Assembly (NCBI RefSeq): GCF_018977255.1
Contig: NW_024704743.1
Span: 79,796,001-79,860,000 of the forward strand
Direction: 5' to 3'
Origin: Callorhinchus milii
Taxonomy: Eukaryota
Length of the DNA stretch: 64,000 nucleotides
Below, piece by piece: positions 12,797-26,490 of the stretch. The stretch's first letter is position 1. Each line of letters opens with the position of its first letter. The notes under the pieces were generated by a model. It did not search any database and had not been told where the DNA came from. It worked only from the letters and a program-made list of their open reading frames with translations. The position numbers were made by a program, and so were the translations under genes.

Positions 12797-13963
12797 TGAC
12801 CTCTCTGCTGCCTTCGACACCGTTGACCACTCTATCCTCATCCACCTCAACCTTCTCTCCTTGATTGGTTCAGATCGTACCTCTCATACCGTCTCCACTT
12901 CATCTCCACAAACGGTTTCTAGCCCCCACACCGTCTTGTGCGTTCCTCAGGGCTCTGTCCTTGGTCCCTTCCTCTTCAACATCTATATGCTCCCTCTTGG
13001 AGATATCATCCACAGACATGGGGTCAACTTCCACATGTATGTGGATGACACCCAACTGTATCTCTCTGCCTCCATCCTTGACTCCAGAACCACTGCTGTC
13101 CTGGATGAGAGCTAACTTTCTTCAGTTAAACTTCAACAAGACCGAGGCTCTCCTGATTGGCTCCGGTCAGCGCCTCCACACCTCAGGAGCTGACACCATC
13201 ACCATCCACCTTGCTAAGGAACCTTGGGGTCTTGTTTGACCCTCAACTATCCCTTTTACTCCACAACCCGCATCATGATCCACTCTGCCTTCTCCACCTC
13301 CACAAGATCGCCCGGCTCCGCCACTGTCTCACACCGCAGGCTGCCGAGACCCTCATACATGCTTTCATTACATCGAGACTTGACTATGCAAACTCATTGC
13401 TTGTCGGTCTCCCCAATGCCTCCCTCCATAGGCTGCAGATTATCCAGAACTCTGCAGCCCGCGTCCTCTCCCGCACTAGGCTCCGCGAACCTATCACCCC
13501 CATCCTTGCCTGACTCCACTGACTTCCCATCACACAGAAGATAGCATTCAAGACCCTGGTCCTCACCTTCATAGCTCTCCATGGTCTTGCTCCCCCCTAC
13601 CTCTGCGACCTCCTAACCCTCTACCATCCTACTCGGTCGCTCCGCTCAGCGGGCACCGGCCTGCTTCACATCCCTCACCTCGCTCGCCTCACCATCGTCG
13701 GGCAGGCCTTCTGCCTCTCTGCCCCACCCTATGGAACGCCATCCCGCAGTCCCTCCGCCTCGCCCCCTTCCTTGCGTCCTTGAAGACCCATCACAAGACC
13801 CTCTTCTTCAACTGTGCTTTCGATCTCCCTGCTTCTCCCCCTGCTCGCCTCTCTCCTTGACCCCGACTCCCAGCTCGTGTCCCAAATTCTGTCTGTCCAA
13901 CGATTTGGGAAGTCTCCTGACGTGAAAGGCGCTATACAAATGTAATTTTGTTGTTGTTGGTTG
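12797..13963 (+). mobile_element. 5'-truncated L2 LINE
   Basis: [22 protein letters not shown] motifs in shifted frames; 3' end GTGAAAGGCGCTATACAAATG(TTG)n. Confidence 0.9.
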
Positions 13964-13964
13964 T

Positions 13965-14172
13965 ATATTTGTGGGCGAAATGTGACAGCCAATTGCGCAC
14001 AGCAGGGTCCCCGAAACAGTCTGGATTGAAGTGACTAATTTTATTATAATTTTTTTTCTTGATGGATTATTATCAGGGGTGTAGAGTAAGGAATCTTGCC
14101 CAATATTGCGCCCTGCCGGGAATCGAACCCCAGTCTCTCACTTGCGAGTGCTCTAACCACTGAGCTACAGGA
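13965..14172 (-). mobile_element. SINE family A, 5' part; a same-strand 3' tail lies at 12710-12797 on the other side of the L2
   Basis: tRNA-like head at 14107-14172; body ends at the L2 tail, consistent with L2 insertion into the SINE. Confidence 0.8.
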
Positions 14173-14194
14173 TATCATCAAGAGTTCTCACTGG

Positions 14195-14600
14195 TGGTGT
14201 CAGCTGTCAGCCATGATGTTCAAACCACATCAGGGTTTTGAACTCAGTCTATGCTGACACTCCAATGTAGTGCTGGGGGAGCATTGTATTGTTGGAGGTG
14301 CCAAAATTCAGATGAGATGTTAAACTGACATGAGACGAGGTCCCATTGCTTATTTAGGTAGATATTAAAGATTGCAAAAGAGAAAATGAGAATGGAATTT
14401 CTCCCAGTGTCCTGGTCAACATTTCCCCAGGTAAAAAAAAATGGTCATTCACTTCATGGCTGTTACGGAGACATTGCTGCATGCAAATTGGCAGTCTCAT
14501 TCGCTTAAAAATACACAGTCACTACACTTTACATGAAAAAAACTATGCAAAGTGCTTTGAGACTTTTCAATGTGATAAGGCAACATATCAATTGTAAGGC
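14195..14600 (+). mobile_element. SINE family B
   Basis: Same body motifs. Confidence 0.8.
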
Positions 14601-16921
14601 GTATAATGACTAAAGTGGTCTTTGCTGAAACGTGTGAATGTGGACATGGAACTGGGAGTAAACGACCCCAATGGATGCCCACCACACTCAAAACAAATGG
14701 TCTACAATAGAAGAATTGTTATTTGGAGAAGTACTAAGGGTAGCTGGCAATGCCCCAGTGTGAATCAGCTCCTTCATGGAGGCCAGGGGAAACATTTTAT
14801 AACAACAACAACATTTTATAAAGTGTGAAGGATACTAGGAAGGTTTTCTTTACTCAGAGGGTAATCAATGATCGGAGAGGTTGTAGGAAGGGTATTTGAG
14901 GCCGGGATACTGGATTTTTCAAAAATGCTCGATGGGATAAGGCAGGGTGTGTGTTCTGGAAGGTGAGATTAGATGGTGATAAGGCCCTTTTTCATCCAAA
15001 CCATCCTGTGATCTTGTGAAATGTAATACTTTCCCTGTTGACAGCATTTCTGGGTAGGGCTGAATCACTGTAGCTCTCAGTGACTTTCCATTTCTTTATG
15101 ATAATCACATTTGAAAAACGATTGACATCTCACATTTGGCAGTCAGTGATACATAATGCAGCTTGTCAGCATGACACAAGCTGCCTACAGTGCTGTCAGT
15201 CACTCCCATAATACACTTTGGACGGAGAAAGAATAGCCTCACCCGAGTGATAAAACACGTCTTGCAAGTGGAGTTTCTTTTCAAACCAGAAACATGGCAT
15301 TGCAACTGGGACATGAGTAAACAAGTGGAGCTCATCACTTAATATATTTGATGTTGCTCCTCTTTAACAACTGAACAACAAATATAGGCGTGCAGCCGTT
15401 TCCCACATCCTTTGCAGATATCAACACATTCTTAACCTTTTAACCTTTGCTCTAGACCCATTGCACCAATGTATAGACACCTGCTGTTGTCTGGTTGACC
15501 ACAGACAGCAGAGAGCACGAGAATACTGAGAGTTTACTCTGTCACAATGTAGAGTCCAAATCCTAATAAACCCAAGACTCCCACATTTCCTATTGCACAA
15601 AACGCTTTCCTTCTTTCCCATACCAATACGAGAAATTATATTTCTTATAAATATAAGAGACAGAGTACTTTGGAAGTCACAATTGGCTGGAGTTTGGTTT
15701 AATTCTGCTGAGTACATTTATGGTATTTTGCCCTCAGAATTCAGAGCTTCCAGATAATTATTCTTATGTTAAAAAGGCCTTTTGCATCTTGTTTGCGATA
15801 GACTACAACAATAATTTGCACATATATTGCACCTTTCACAAAGGATAATACCCCGAAGTGCTTCAGAGAGTCACAACGTAGACCAAGGTGAGTAGGAGGG
15901 AGGTGACCAAAGGCATGTAAAAGATTTGGGTTAGTCCTGAACAGGTAGAGGGACCTCGGTCTCATCTGAAAGATGGCACCTCCAACAATACAGCAGCACC
16001 CCACCGACTTAGATTATATGAGTTCTAAGTCCCACCGAGTGGATATATCGAACAGACTCACATTAAAAGTAGCTGATGGTTCAGGAACTCAAATTCCCAA
16101 CATGCGGCTTGAACCCACCACCTCTAACTCAAAAATGAGAGTGCTACCAACTGAGCCAGGCTAACATCTAAACTAATGACGATCCAACACCTAAACATAT
16201 GGTGATCTGATCCATGTGTGCTTTATTTGTTGATCCTCTAATTGTTTTTCTTTCAACTCAGGATTTTGCAAGATTTCTGTTCTGTTCCCTTTCAATGCTA
16301 AACACTTAACTTTCTAAAAAGCCCAAGACTATTCAAGGCTTGAATACTGCTCCTACACATTGGAAACTCCTCTACCACAGGCCAACCTTTTAGATCGGCC
16401 AACCAAATAGATTTTTTGATTGAATATTTCTTGATTTATAACCACACCATAAAAATCGCTACTCACAAGCTGCTGGAAACAAAATATTGATTTAACACCT
16501 AGACTAGTGTGAATGTTCAACAGGCTACTTTTGGCAGCAGTGGGTGAAATCCAATACAAATTAATGCATATTGGAAATGGACACATGTACTCCATGGACA
16601 GGATAGAGCTTGCCAAAGTGAGAAGTTGAAAGTCACTTCAGGATGTTAGTTGACTTGTCACACACCAAGTCTAAACAGTGAATGGCAGCATTAAACAAGG
16701 CAAACAAGCTATATTGGTAATGAGTTGACTTTAAATCCCCAGAAGTTACCTCTGTCCTCCAACCTCAATTTATCCATTCGAACTTTTCTACCATTTCTCT
16801 ACTACTTTCACTGTTTCAATTGATTCTCTAAACTGTCCTTGAGCTACAACATGCTAGCCCACATGAAGAGCAACTATATAAATGCTAGTTGTTGTTGTCC
16901 AACATGTTCTAATTCCTTAAC

Positions 16922-17270
16922 AAAAATAGAGATCGCTGGGAACACTCAGCAGGTCAGGTAGCATCCATGAAGGAAGGAAAGTGGGTCAACGTTTCAGGTC
17001 CATGACCCTTCGTCAGAACTGGGGGATGTTGGGAGGGAGAAGTTTTAAGGACTAACAGAGAGGGGGAGGTGGGACAAGAAAGACAAAGGAGAAAATGGAG
17101 GACAGGGGGTGATGGGTTAAAGAGGTATTAATGGGCAAAACAAAGGAGGGCAACAGAGACAGACCAGAGGAAGAAAAGGAGACCAAATTATGTGCTAATG
17201 GTCACAGAAGAGGGGGAAGGGGAAGGTAAGCTGCTATGGGAAAATGGGAGCTGTTCTTATGGTCTGAAGT
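16922..17270 (-). mobile_element. Penelope-type terminal repeat with hammerhead motif
   Basis: Minus strand AGTT-CTGACGA-A-GGGTCATGGACCT-GAAA-CGTT-GACC at 17020-16984. Confidence 0.7.
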
Positions 17271-18020
17271 GGTATGTTCTACTTCCTGCTGCTTCCTGAC
17301 TGTTGAATTCCAAACTCATTGCCATGTCTAAAATAATTGTATTTGGTCTAGAGTCTTATCACAATAAAAAGTGTCATCTTCACTGACAGATAAAGGGCAC
17401 ACAGCACAAAAGTGCTTGATCCTAATGGATGACGATGTTTGGGGTCTCACTCAGAATGGCCACAAGATGGCTGTTTTCGGAAATAATATAGTTGAGCAGT
17501 CACCATTGCTCTGAGGCACACGTTGGTACCAAAAGAACCCAGATCTAGGAGGGTTCTGATGTTGGCAAAGGAACATGCTCCATTTACCAGCGCTAAAACA
17601 TTCATCTTGTCATTTCGGTTAGTGCACAGAGTTAAAAAGATAGTTTTAGCATTTAAATTTTGCACCCCTGCACTTCATTCATAGTGCTCTACAATTCTTT
17701 AAAAATAGATTACTTGGCTAAAACGTCATTTGAAGGGCTGGGAATCACTTGCATGCTCTGGGTTAAATGAAGTAATGGTGCCGTGAATTTAATCCTTTAG
17801 CCCAGTCAGGAGATTTTCAAGGTGGTGGGCACTTTTGGAGAGTAATGAAAGGCAACTCACATGACTTGGGAGTGTTAAGGCACCCACCTTAACAGGACAA
17901 AGTGTCAGGAAAAAGTGACTGCCATAAATATTTGGCTTGTTTGAAAACATGAATCGCCATTAAATATATCATCACGTCTCGAATGCAAATCCTCATTGTC
18001 AGAATAACCCCCACCCACAG

Positions 18021-18048
<28 letters not shown>
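18021..18048 (+). repeat. (CA)n microsatellite
   Basis: Direct reading. Confidence 0.95.
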
Positions 18049-18051
<3 letters not shown>

Positions 18052-20277
18052 GCAATTGGCAAACACTGTTTTATCAGTACAGTGCCCCTTTAAAGGTGTG
18101 AGGTTCACACACTGAGATAAACTGTTACCAAGGCCAGGGCTCTCTATTGCTTTGAAGTTGTGTTCTTCAATTAATTATTACAGTGGAACACAATTTTGCA
18201 AAATGCTTTCAAGTACTTTGCCATTTCTTACTACCCCACTGCTGTGCTGATGGCTCACAACAGCAGTTTGCTATTGAATGATCCAGGAATGTTGATGCTT
18301 TGTAAAGTTTAACTGGCAATAACGACTGGAGCATTATGAGTGAGGCTTTCCTGTAAGTGGCTGTAAGTGCACACGATGGAACACTGAAGGGGACTTGCAT
18401 CAAGTTGCAGACTCATTTTATGTGTGCCCAGAGCAACACTGAAGCCATAGGCTAGAAAACGGTGAACCTGTGCCACTTCACATCTGTAAATATTATATTG
18501 AACACCACAAAGCAAACCTTTGGCCCTTGATCCGGTCCCGTGGTTCTATTTGAAATGAGGACGGAGTTTCTCCTGGAATCCTGAACCAAGAATAGCCTCA
18601 TTTAAAATTGTCCATTCATTCCATGGCTGTTTGTGGCACATTGCTAATGAGCAACCTGTCTGCCATGTGTGCCCCAAAAATCCATAGGCACTACAGTATA
18701 CCTTTACAAAATAGCCTGTGAAGTGCTTTGAGATATGATCTTGAAATCCTGACATGAAAGCTGTTATATCAAATGTAAGGATTATTATTGTTATAACGTA
18801 AAGTGAGGCAAATGCCACGAAGAGAATTTAAGAGGAAATGTTTAAGTGCTCCGTAACTGTACCTGTGTGAAGTGCAAGTAAATATAAATGTAAATTGTTG
18901 TTTTCGTTGTTACAAAATCAGGACAAGAATTTTAAATCATCAGAGAGCCTGGGGAAGAATAACACTGAATGAGCTCAAATAACTTAATGTAGTTGATAAA
19001 GAGAGTTATGTTCAGATTAAAAATTTAATGAAAGTTAGCATAACACACTCCAGTCCGAGCCACCTACATTTTGGCTTTATTCATGCGCTCACATTTGCTT
19101 TGCCATGTAGCCAGATGTAAAATCATTGATTTGGTGCTCACAGTGCCAACCCACCAGAATTCACTTGAATACCTGATAGTCAATGGGAGTCCTTCACTGT
19201 CGTAAAGCAACGTGCACATTCAAGGTTATTCTCCAGATACCAGCAATGTGCCACTAAGAGCATTTTTTCTAGGTAGTAAAGCCAGTGCTAGGAACAAGCA
19301 GAAACCTGAGCCTTCCAATCTATTCAGTAACTTATTTAGTATATACTGTTGCTTATCATGTGTATGAAATTGTTTGAAGAGAGGTCGGTTAGTTTGCAGC
19401 TTGTAACAGATACAGAAGAGCACAGCCTGAGAGTATCCCTGCCACACACTAACATAGTTTGGCCTGGCCTTGCTCTTGGCTGAACTTACTTATCACCTGG
19501 CTCCTGCTTCACGCCACCCAGACCTGGATCTCAACCTTATCCCCTTACCAGCTCTTAAACTTACCGTCCACTGACCCTTTATTTCAAAGTCCACAATCTA
19601 AAGCAGTTTACCAAATTCTCTGACATTAACCCTTACTCTAAAGCTCCTCTGGAATGCAAAACCTCAGTTAATATCATTCACTGGTGTTTGGGAACAGAAT
19701 GAGCCCTCCAGGTTCAGCATGTCCTGCAGTTCTGGCTCATGCCAAGAGACGTGTCAAAGTGTCCTTCACACGTGTTGATTTCACATTCCTGTTGGGGATA
19801 GCGGCTAGCTAACGGCAAGCTATGAATAGAAAAGTAAAATAATTATGCTTTTTTTTTAAAAAGCACGCTTCATAATATTTTTAATTTTAATTCCCTATAA
19901 GAATATTTATACCTGAGAAACTCATGTTTATCTCTACGAGGAGGGCTCAACCTTAAATGACAGGATCACCTTCCTGCAGCAGAAACTACTTAATACTATT
20001 GATTCAAATCATCGCTGTAATATCTGTAGACTCACTCCATAGGTAAACTCACTCAGAAACAAGAGAGGGAATAACTCAGCTTCCTCATTGGAAGAGTTAA
20101 AGGGGAGGATAGATTTTTCATGCAGAAAGATATTAGAACATGGAATGCTTTGCCACAAGTTACTATTAAACCTATAACTATAACTGCACTTAAAAGAGAA
20201 ATCAGATAAGTATTTCAAGAGAAACCACACCTCAGGGTATGAGGAAAGAACAGGCAACTAAGATTAAGGTTTAGTTT

Positions 20278-20591
20278 GGAGTCCTACAGCTCAATGGTTA
20301 GAGCACTTTCCTCGCAAGCAAGAGACCTGGGTTCGATTCCTGGCAGGGCGAAACCTTGGGCAAGTTTCCATACTCCACATGCCTGGTAATAATCTCTCAA
20401 GAAAAAAAACAATTATAATTTGGTCACTCAATCCATGACTGTTTGTGAGACACTGCTGTGCGCAATTGGCTTTTCTCCAACAAATATACAGTCAATTCAC
20501 TTTACACTATATTCTCTGAAGCACTTTGAGACATCTAGAAGACGTGAAAAGCGCTATATCAAGTGCAAGGATTATTATTATTTATTATTAT
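20278..20591 (+). mobile_element. tRNA-Ala-like-headed SINE (family A)
   Basis: A box/B box head (AGCTCAATGGTTAGAGC...GGTTCGATTCC), Deu-like body, L2-like tail, (TTA)n. Confidence 0.9.
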
Positions 20592-23500
20592 AACACCTGA
20601 AAGGGAGGAGCTGGTATCTTCATGGCTGTGGCCATCTTTCAGATGAGGCATTATATTGACATCCCTTTTTTTTGTGTCTGGGAGGAAGCTTAAAGATGCC
20701 ATGACAATAACTGGAAAAAAANGGAATTTCTCCTGGTGTCCTGGCCAACAATCCTGCGGGTTTAGTTCACTTTAAGGCTTTTTTTAAAAATAGTTCCTTG
20801 TCGGTACAAACAACTGCTATATTTACCATCAAAAAGCAGTCACTACACTTAAAAATCATTACTTGTGAAGCACATTAACACGTGTGGAGATGATAAAACA
20901 GTATAAAAATGCAAGGTGAGCAAAAGGGAGAACATCAAGTAGGTTCAAGCGTTCAACATTTCTGTAAATCCCAATTGGGGAATGAAAGTCCTCGATGTTA
21001 ATGTTGAATCCTGCAAATGAGACACTTGAGTAACTCTAGTGGAGACCCCGCTATAATAACCAGAGATTAAGTGACATTTGAGCTTGGCATTCAGTTGACA
21101 ATGCTTGGCTCAGCTGCCAGTAGGAACACTCAATGCAAATGAAATATCATGGTGGGAAGAAGAGAAGAGGAACTGACTGAGTGTGCAAGGTAGCAGAGGG
21201 TACCAGAGAGATGGAAGGGTAAAACACAAGATAAAATAGTCTTCAAACAAAATGCAGTCTTTATTTCACTTGAACCACACCATTATCGTACAAGATACCG
21301 GGAACGAATACCCAGATAAATTCCTCTACAGCAACCTTTCAGACGGACAGTATTGCGTGCAGCTATTGTTACATATGCTGAAGTATACGGTAAATGAAAA
21401 TATAAGCTGCTAAAATAGTATATTTTGTGGTGCGGCTGCCTTCCTACCAAACAGTTGTGAGTTAGAGTCCCAGTGCTACCCATGGTTCAAGTTCACCTGG
21501 CACAGTTTGGGCTGTCAGTACTTTGTCGGAGCACGAGGTAGCACAGAGTATTCGATGATTCAAACCATCCCGTTGTCATAGCTAAAAGAGGCTGCTTGGG
21601 CACGGAGTGGCTCCTGCAGGGGAATGAAAGGAAACAACTGCTGATAAAAGACAAAAATTAAAAAGAATTCCTTGTCAATGGATGACAGGTCTTATCTTTT
21701 CCCTCTGATTTTATTACTCTGCGTATTTGACCTCCATGCCTTGTATATTTTTAAATCCAGTGAACATTCACAGATAAAAAAAACATCCCCGATAACCCAC
21801 AAATGGATATCTTGCATTGATTTAACATTTGGAGATTTCACTTGCACTTGGAGCGACTGTTACCTGTACTTAGATACAGTAAGTATCTAACTTACTGAGG
21901 TGATCTTTGAGGTGATTGCCGAGGTTGGGTGGGGTTAAACTATGGAGGGATTTAACCTTCATTGTTGAGGATGATATGGAGGTGAGAAAAGCAGGAGGCT
22001 GCATTGTCGGGGTGTTGTTCTTTGGCTAAGGTGTTAAACCAAGGTGCTGTCTGCCTATTCTGGTGGACCGTAAAGATCCCATGGCTAACAATGTCATTGG
22101 AAGGATGGCAAATCTCACAAATCAGGACACCCCCAGCACTGCACTGGAGTGTCAGTCTAGACTATAAGTTCAAAGTCCTTACATGACCCTTGAAACCCCA
22201 AACACTAATTCAAGAGGCGAGAGTTCTACGAACTGAGCTTGGCTGACATGACTTGAGAAACTTGGGTTTCCTTTAATAAATCCCACAAATGAAAACTGCA
22301 AATTAGAGCCCTCAGACCTCCAAACGACACTAACTCTGCAGTCAATCATGAGATGGTGCAGGAGAGAACCACGGGGTGACTCCTTGCCCTACTTTTACAC
22401 AATAAAAGGACCAAAGCTAAGGTAGAAACCTGATCCAGATGTATAAAGCTTCCCAATGAGATGCCTTTTGATGGTTACCTAATATAGTTAGTATATCACT
22501 AAACAGTATGTTTGAGACAGCTTTATTGCAACCCCTGTGGGCTACATATTTTAGGTCAATGTTTTTGTTTAACTTGAATTCTTCGATGAATGATTCATCA
22601 TGATCTCTCTCAGAATGATTCCTCAGAAAGTCTTTTTAATCAGCAGATTCTGCACATCATATCTCATTAAACACCTAGTTTATGAGTCAACTTCCAAGTT
22701 CTCTGGTTAAACGCAAGCTGGTTTATGTAGGGGGTAGTTTTGATTCATCAATTGGTATCCCGACCATTTTGAAGGAGGGGAGCGAGAAGATTGCTCCTCG
22801 AGAGAGTTGTAGAGATAATGGTGCCTCACCGCAATAAAGCATCTCATGGACGCAAATGGATTCCCTGCAGAAAAATCCCTTTATCTAACTCACTGAGGTG
22901 ATTTCAGATCAAAGGTGGCTTCTCATGAGGCAATGCAGAAACCCAGTTTACATCATGAGGTGTTGTTTTTCTGGTGGCAAGGCACCAAGATTGCTTCCGC
23001 TCTCCTGAGCAGTGCTTTTAGAAACCAGAATCATATGCTTTCCACCCTTGCCAATTTGCTAAAACCTCCGTATTCTACCAGTATGGAAATCACAATTGTC
23101 TGTTTAGAGGTGATAAAGACATCCAAAAAGATGCAAATTATGGACCATATTTTAGAGTAACAGCTTCACTCATAGCCATCACTCATCTGTGAGTTGCATT
23201 TTTAAAAAATCCAAACCTATTCTTCTCCAACATTTTAAATCTTACTGAATTGTTGTTGCTCAGAGATGCTCAGAATGTTTGCCCACAAAAATACACAGTC
23301 GCTACACATCACAACAAATCCCATGAAGCTCTTTGAGATGTCCTCCTGATGTAAAAGAGAGCTCAGTTATATGTGACTCAAACAAACTTTGAGCAATTTA
23401 TATATTTATATAGAGCCTTTCACATCGGAAGGAGAAGTTAAAGCTCTTTGCATAGCTGGCTGGACACTTGAGCTGGGTGGAGGGAGAACTGAAGAGGGTG

Positions 23501-24929
23501 GATGGGGGGTAAAAGATGACTGAAAGCAAGATCAAAGAGCTAAAACTTAATTAAAGTGTACTCTGCACCAGGAGACACTGATATGACTATGCAAGTTGTG
23601 GTTTTGTGTTGGCTTGTAAATTTGTGGAGGTTTTTGATCTTCATATGGTTAACAGCATTGGGCTCTGGTTGCTCAAAAAAGACTGCAAATTAAATCCATC
23701 TGATTTGGTGAGGTTGTCTGTAGAGTTTCTGCAAAGCAAGGGCCTAAAAAGCCAGCAAAGCAGGGCTTAATACAGCAAAGAGATGTACTTCAAAAGCTGC
23801 ACTGCAGACTAAGTGCACAGAGTCTTTATAGATCCTGAACCTAATGCTAGAACTTTGGTTTCATTTTCACTTTGCATTCTGTCTGCTTAAACAAGACACT
23901 CAAAGGGCTATGTTTGCTAATGATTAGCTAAGTCATGAACAAAAATATTGATCCTTTCACTTGCTTTTAAATGAACTTGGTTTTGGTCATTGAAATCTGG
24001 TTATTTGCTAACTTGGGATACCGTAAAGGTTCCGTTTGTAAAACTACTACACAGAACAACCATATAACTCCAGAAAGTTTGGGTTTGATCCCCAGTCTGG
24101 ACTAACTTAAATTAGTCTTAGCCAAGACAGCAGTTGGGTCACTAAAATTAGGCTTAGCATCCCTGGGCTGCGAGGAGGGGGAAAAAGCCAAAGCTCTGAC
24201 TGCTCTTTGTTGGATATTACGCTATTGTGGGCAGTGGGCAAGGACAGTATCAGACCGGGCTGTGACGCATTCCACAATTTGACTGAGGTTGAAAAAGCGC
24301 TCACTAGAAAACTGCCATACTACTGGCTCCTTGCCAGCAAACAAAATATCTCAAAACTAAATTGTGTTTTCTGCTGGGAGATCCACATACGTCACACTGA
24401 CTTGTGAGATCATCCAGAAGCAATGCAGTTTACAACGCAAGGCACATTTTCAGCATGAGGAGGCCAAAACGTGGCGGTTTTGTTGTTCGAGTGCCTGTTA
24501 AGCCTCAGCATTTGTGGATTGTGGTCACTCTCTCAAAGGCAAAGTCTATGCAGAACAACTAGCTCATAAACGCCCGAGGAGACGCTGCTTTGGTGATGGG
24601 GGGGGGGGGGGGGGGGCGGGGGGGTGGGCTGGCCCAGCAATGTATAGAATAGTCAGTGGCTCCAATTGCCTTACACATTTATATTTGCTATGGTGTCAGA
24701 GAAAAAGTCAAATAGACCACCTCACTGCCAGAGAGCATCACCCCAGTTAATGGAACTTCAAGTGCTGGTCACCGTGCACTATCTTGCCTTAAAAACATCT
24801 CAACAACGTGATAAAGTGCTATATATATGTTTGTGGGACACTGCTGTGCTGCTGCATTTCACCCACAAAAATCAATCCACTTTACAGTATATTCTGTGAA
24901 GTGCTTGGAGACGTCTCAAAGACATGATA

Positions 24930-25205
24930 ACAATAATCCTTGCATTTGAAATAGCGCTTTTCACGTCTTCTAGACGTCTCAAAGCGCTTCACAGAATATA
25001 CTGTAAAGTGAATTGACTGTATATTTGTAGGCAAAACGCACAAACAGTCGTGGATTGAAGTGACCGATTTATTATTTTTTTCTTGAGGGATTATTATTAG
25101 GCGTGTGGAGTAAGGAAATTTGCCCAAGGTTTCACCCTGCTGGGAATCAAACCCAGGTCTCTCGCTTGAGAGGCGAGTGCTCTGACCACTGAGCTACACG
25201 ACTCC
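24930..25205 (-). mobile_element. SINE family A
   Basis: Reverse complement of the same head, body and tail. Confidence 0.9.
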
Positions 25206-25371
25206 ACAAATATTCTAAGGAATTCTAAAATAGGCACAAAAAAGACATCTTTTCTCTATCCCAAAAGTCGATGGACGCACCTCTGATAAGTTAGCACTCA
25301 CTAGACATTTCACTGGACTGTCAGTCGAGACTATTAATCTCAAGACCCAGTATTGGGCTTTGACCTCACAA

Positions 25372-26072
25372 TCATTTCCAAGTTTGCGGACGACACAAAG
25401 TTAGGTAGGGTGGTAAACTGTGAGAAGGATAGTAGCCAACTGCATACGGATACTAGGCTTTATAAATAGGGGCATAGAGTACAAGAGTCAGGAGGTTATG
25501 ATTAACCTATATAAAACACTGGTTAGGCCTCAGTTAGAATACTTCGCCCAGTTCTGGGCACCACACTATAGGAAGGATGTTAAGGCATTGGAAAGAAAGG
25601 GTGCAGAGGAGATTTATGAGGATGGTACCAGGAATGAAGGACCTTGATTATGAGGAAAGGCTGGAGAGGCTGAGATTATTCTCATTGGAGCAGAGGAGAC
25701 CTAATAGAGGTCTTCAAAATCATGAGGGGATTTGATAGATTAGAAAGGGAAAAACTGTTTCCACTGGTGGGTGTGTCGGTGACTCGAGGTCAGAGATTCA
25801 AAATAGTATCTAAAAGAAGCAGAAGGGAGGTGAGAAGAATTTTTTTCACGCAACGAGTTGTTCGAATCTGGAACGCATTGCCTGAAAGGGTGGTCGAGGC
25901 CAATTCGATAACTACTTTTAAAAATGAAGTGGACGGGTATTTGAAGAGGACGGGTCTGCAGGGTTATGGGAAAGGGCTGGGGAGTGGGATAGACATTACA
26001 TTGCTCTTTTCAAAGGCCGGCACAGACTCGATGGGCCGAATGGCCTCATTTTGTGCTGTGCGATTCTATGAT
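25372..26072 (+). mobile_element. CR1 LINE 3' fragment with internal deletion, same subfamily as 9324-10170
   Basis: SKFADDTKLG, LVRPQLEY, FFTQRVVRIWNALP; near-identical to the 9.3-kb copy. Confidence 0.95.
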
Positions 26073-26229
26073 ATCGATCAGATCCACTGGCATATCAAAG
26101 ACTACCAATTTCATTTGGTTGTCTGTCTGATAAGGCGCTATATCAAATGCAAGGATTATTATTAATATAAATCAGCACCAGACAATTATTTCTGTGCATT
26201 CCTCAAATATTTCCCCAACTCAACAACAG

Positions 26230-26490
26230 CAACAAAAATAATTACTACTTGCATTTCTATAGCACCCTTCATGCAGGATAACATAGCTATGTACAGCGAT
26301 GGGTTGGACACTGAGTAAAGAAGAAGGTGGTCAAAACGATAAGTCTTAAGATGGGATTTATAGATAAATAATGAGGGGACGAGGTGGAGGGATTGAGGCA
26401 AGGAATTCCAGAGTTTAAGAGTAGTGGCTGAAGGCTTGGTCGGGGGACATGCAGCAGACCTGTGTTAGGTGAGCAAAGGTGGGGGTGGTG
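26230..26490 (-). mobile_element. Old L2 3' fragment
   Basis: GLLHVPR...KSHLKTY.FDH in minus frames; CAA-rich tail. Confidence 0.6.

Noticed and set aside
19240..19428. Open minus-strand frame AVLFCICYKLQ...FCLFLALALL as an exon
   Set aside because: Weak splice sites and a position that conflicts with the other TM assignments; cannot be supported without an orthologue.
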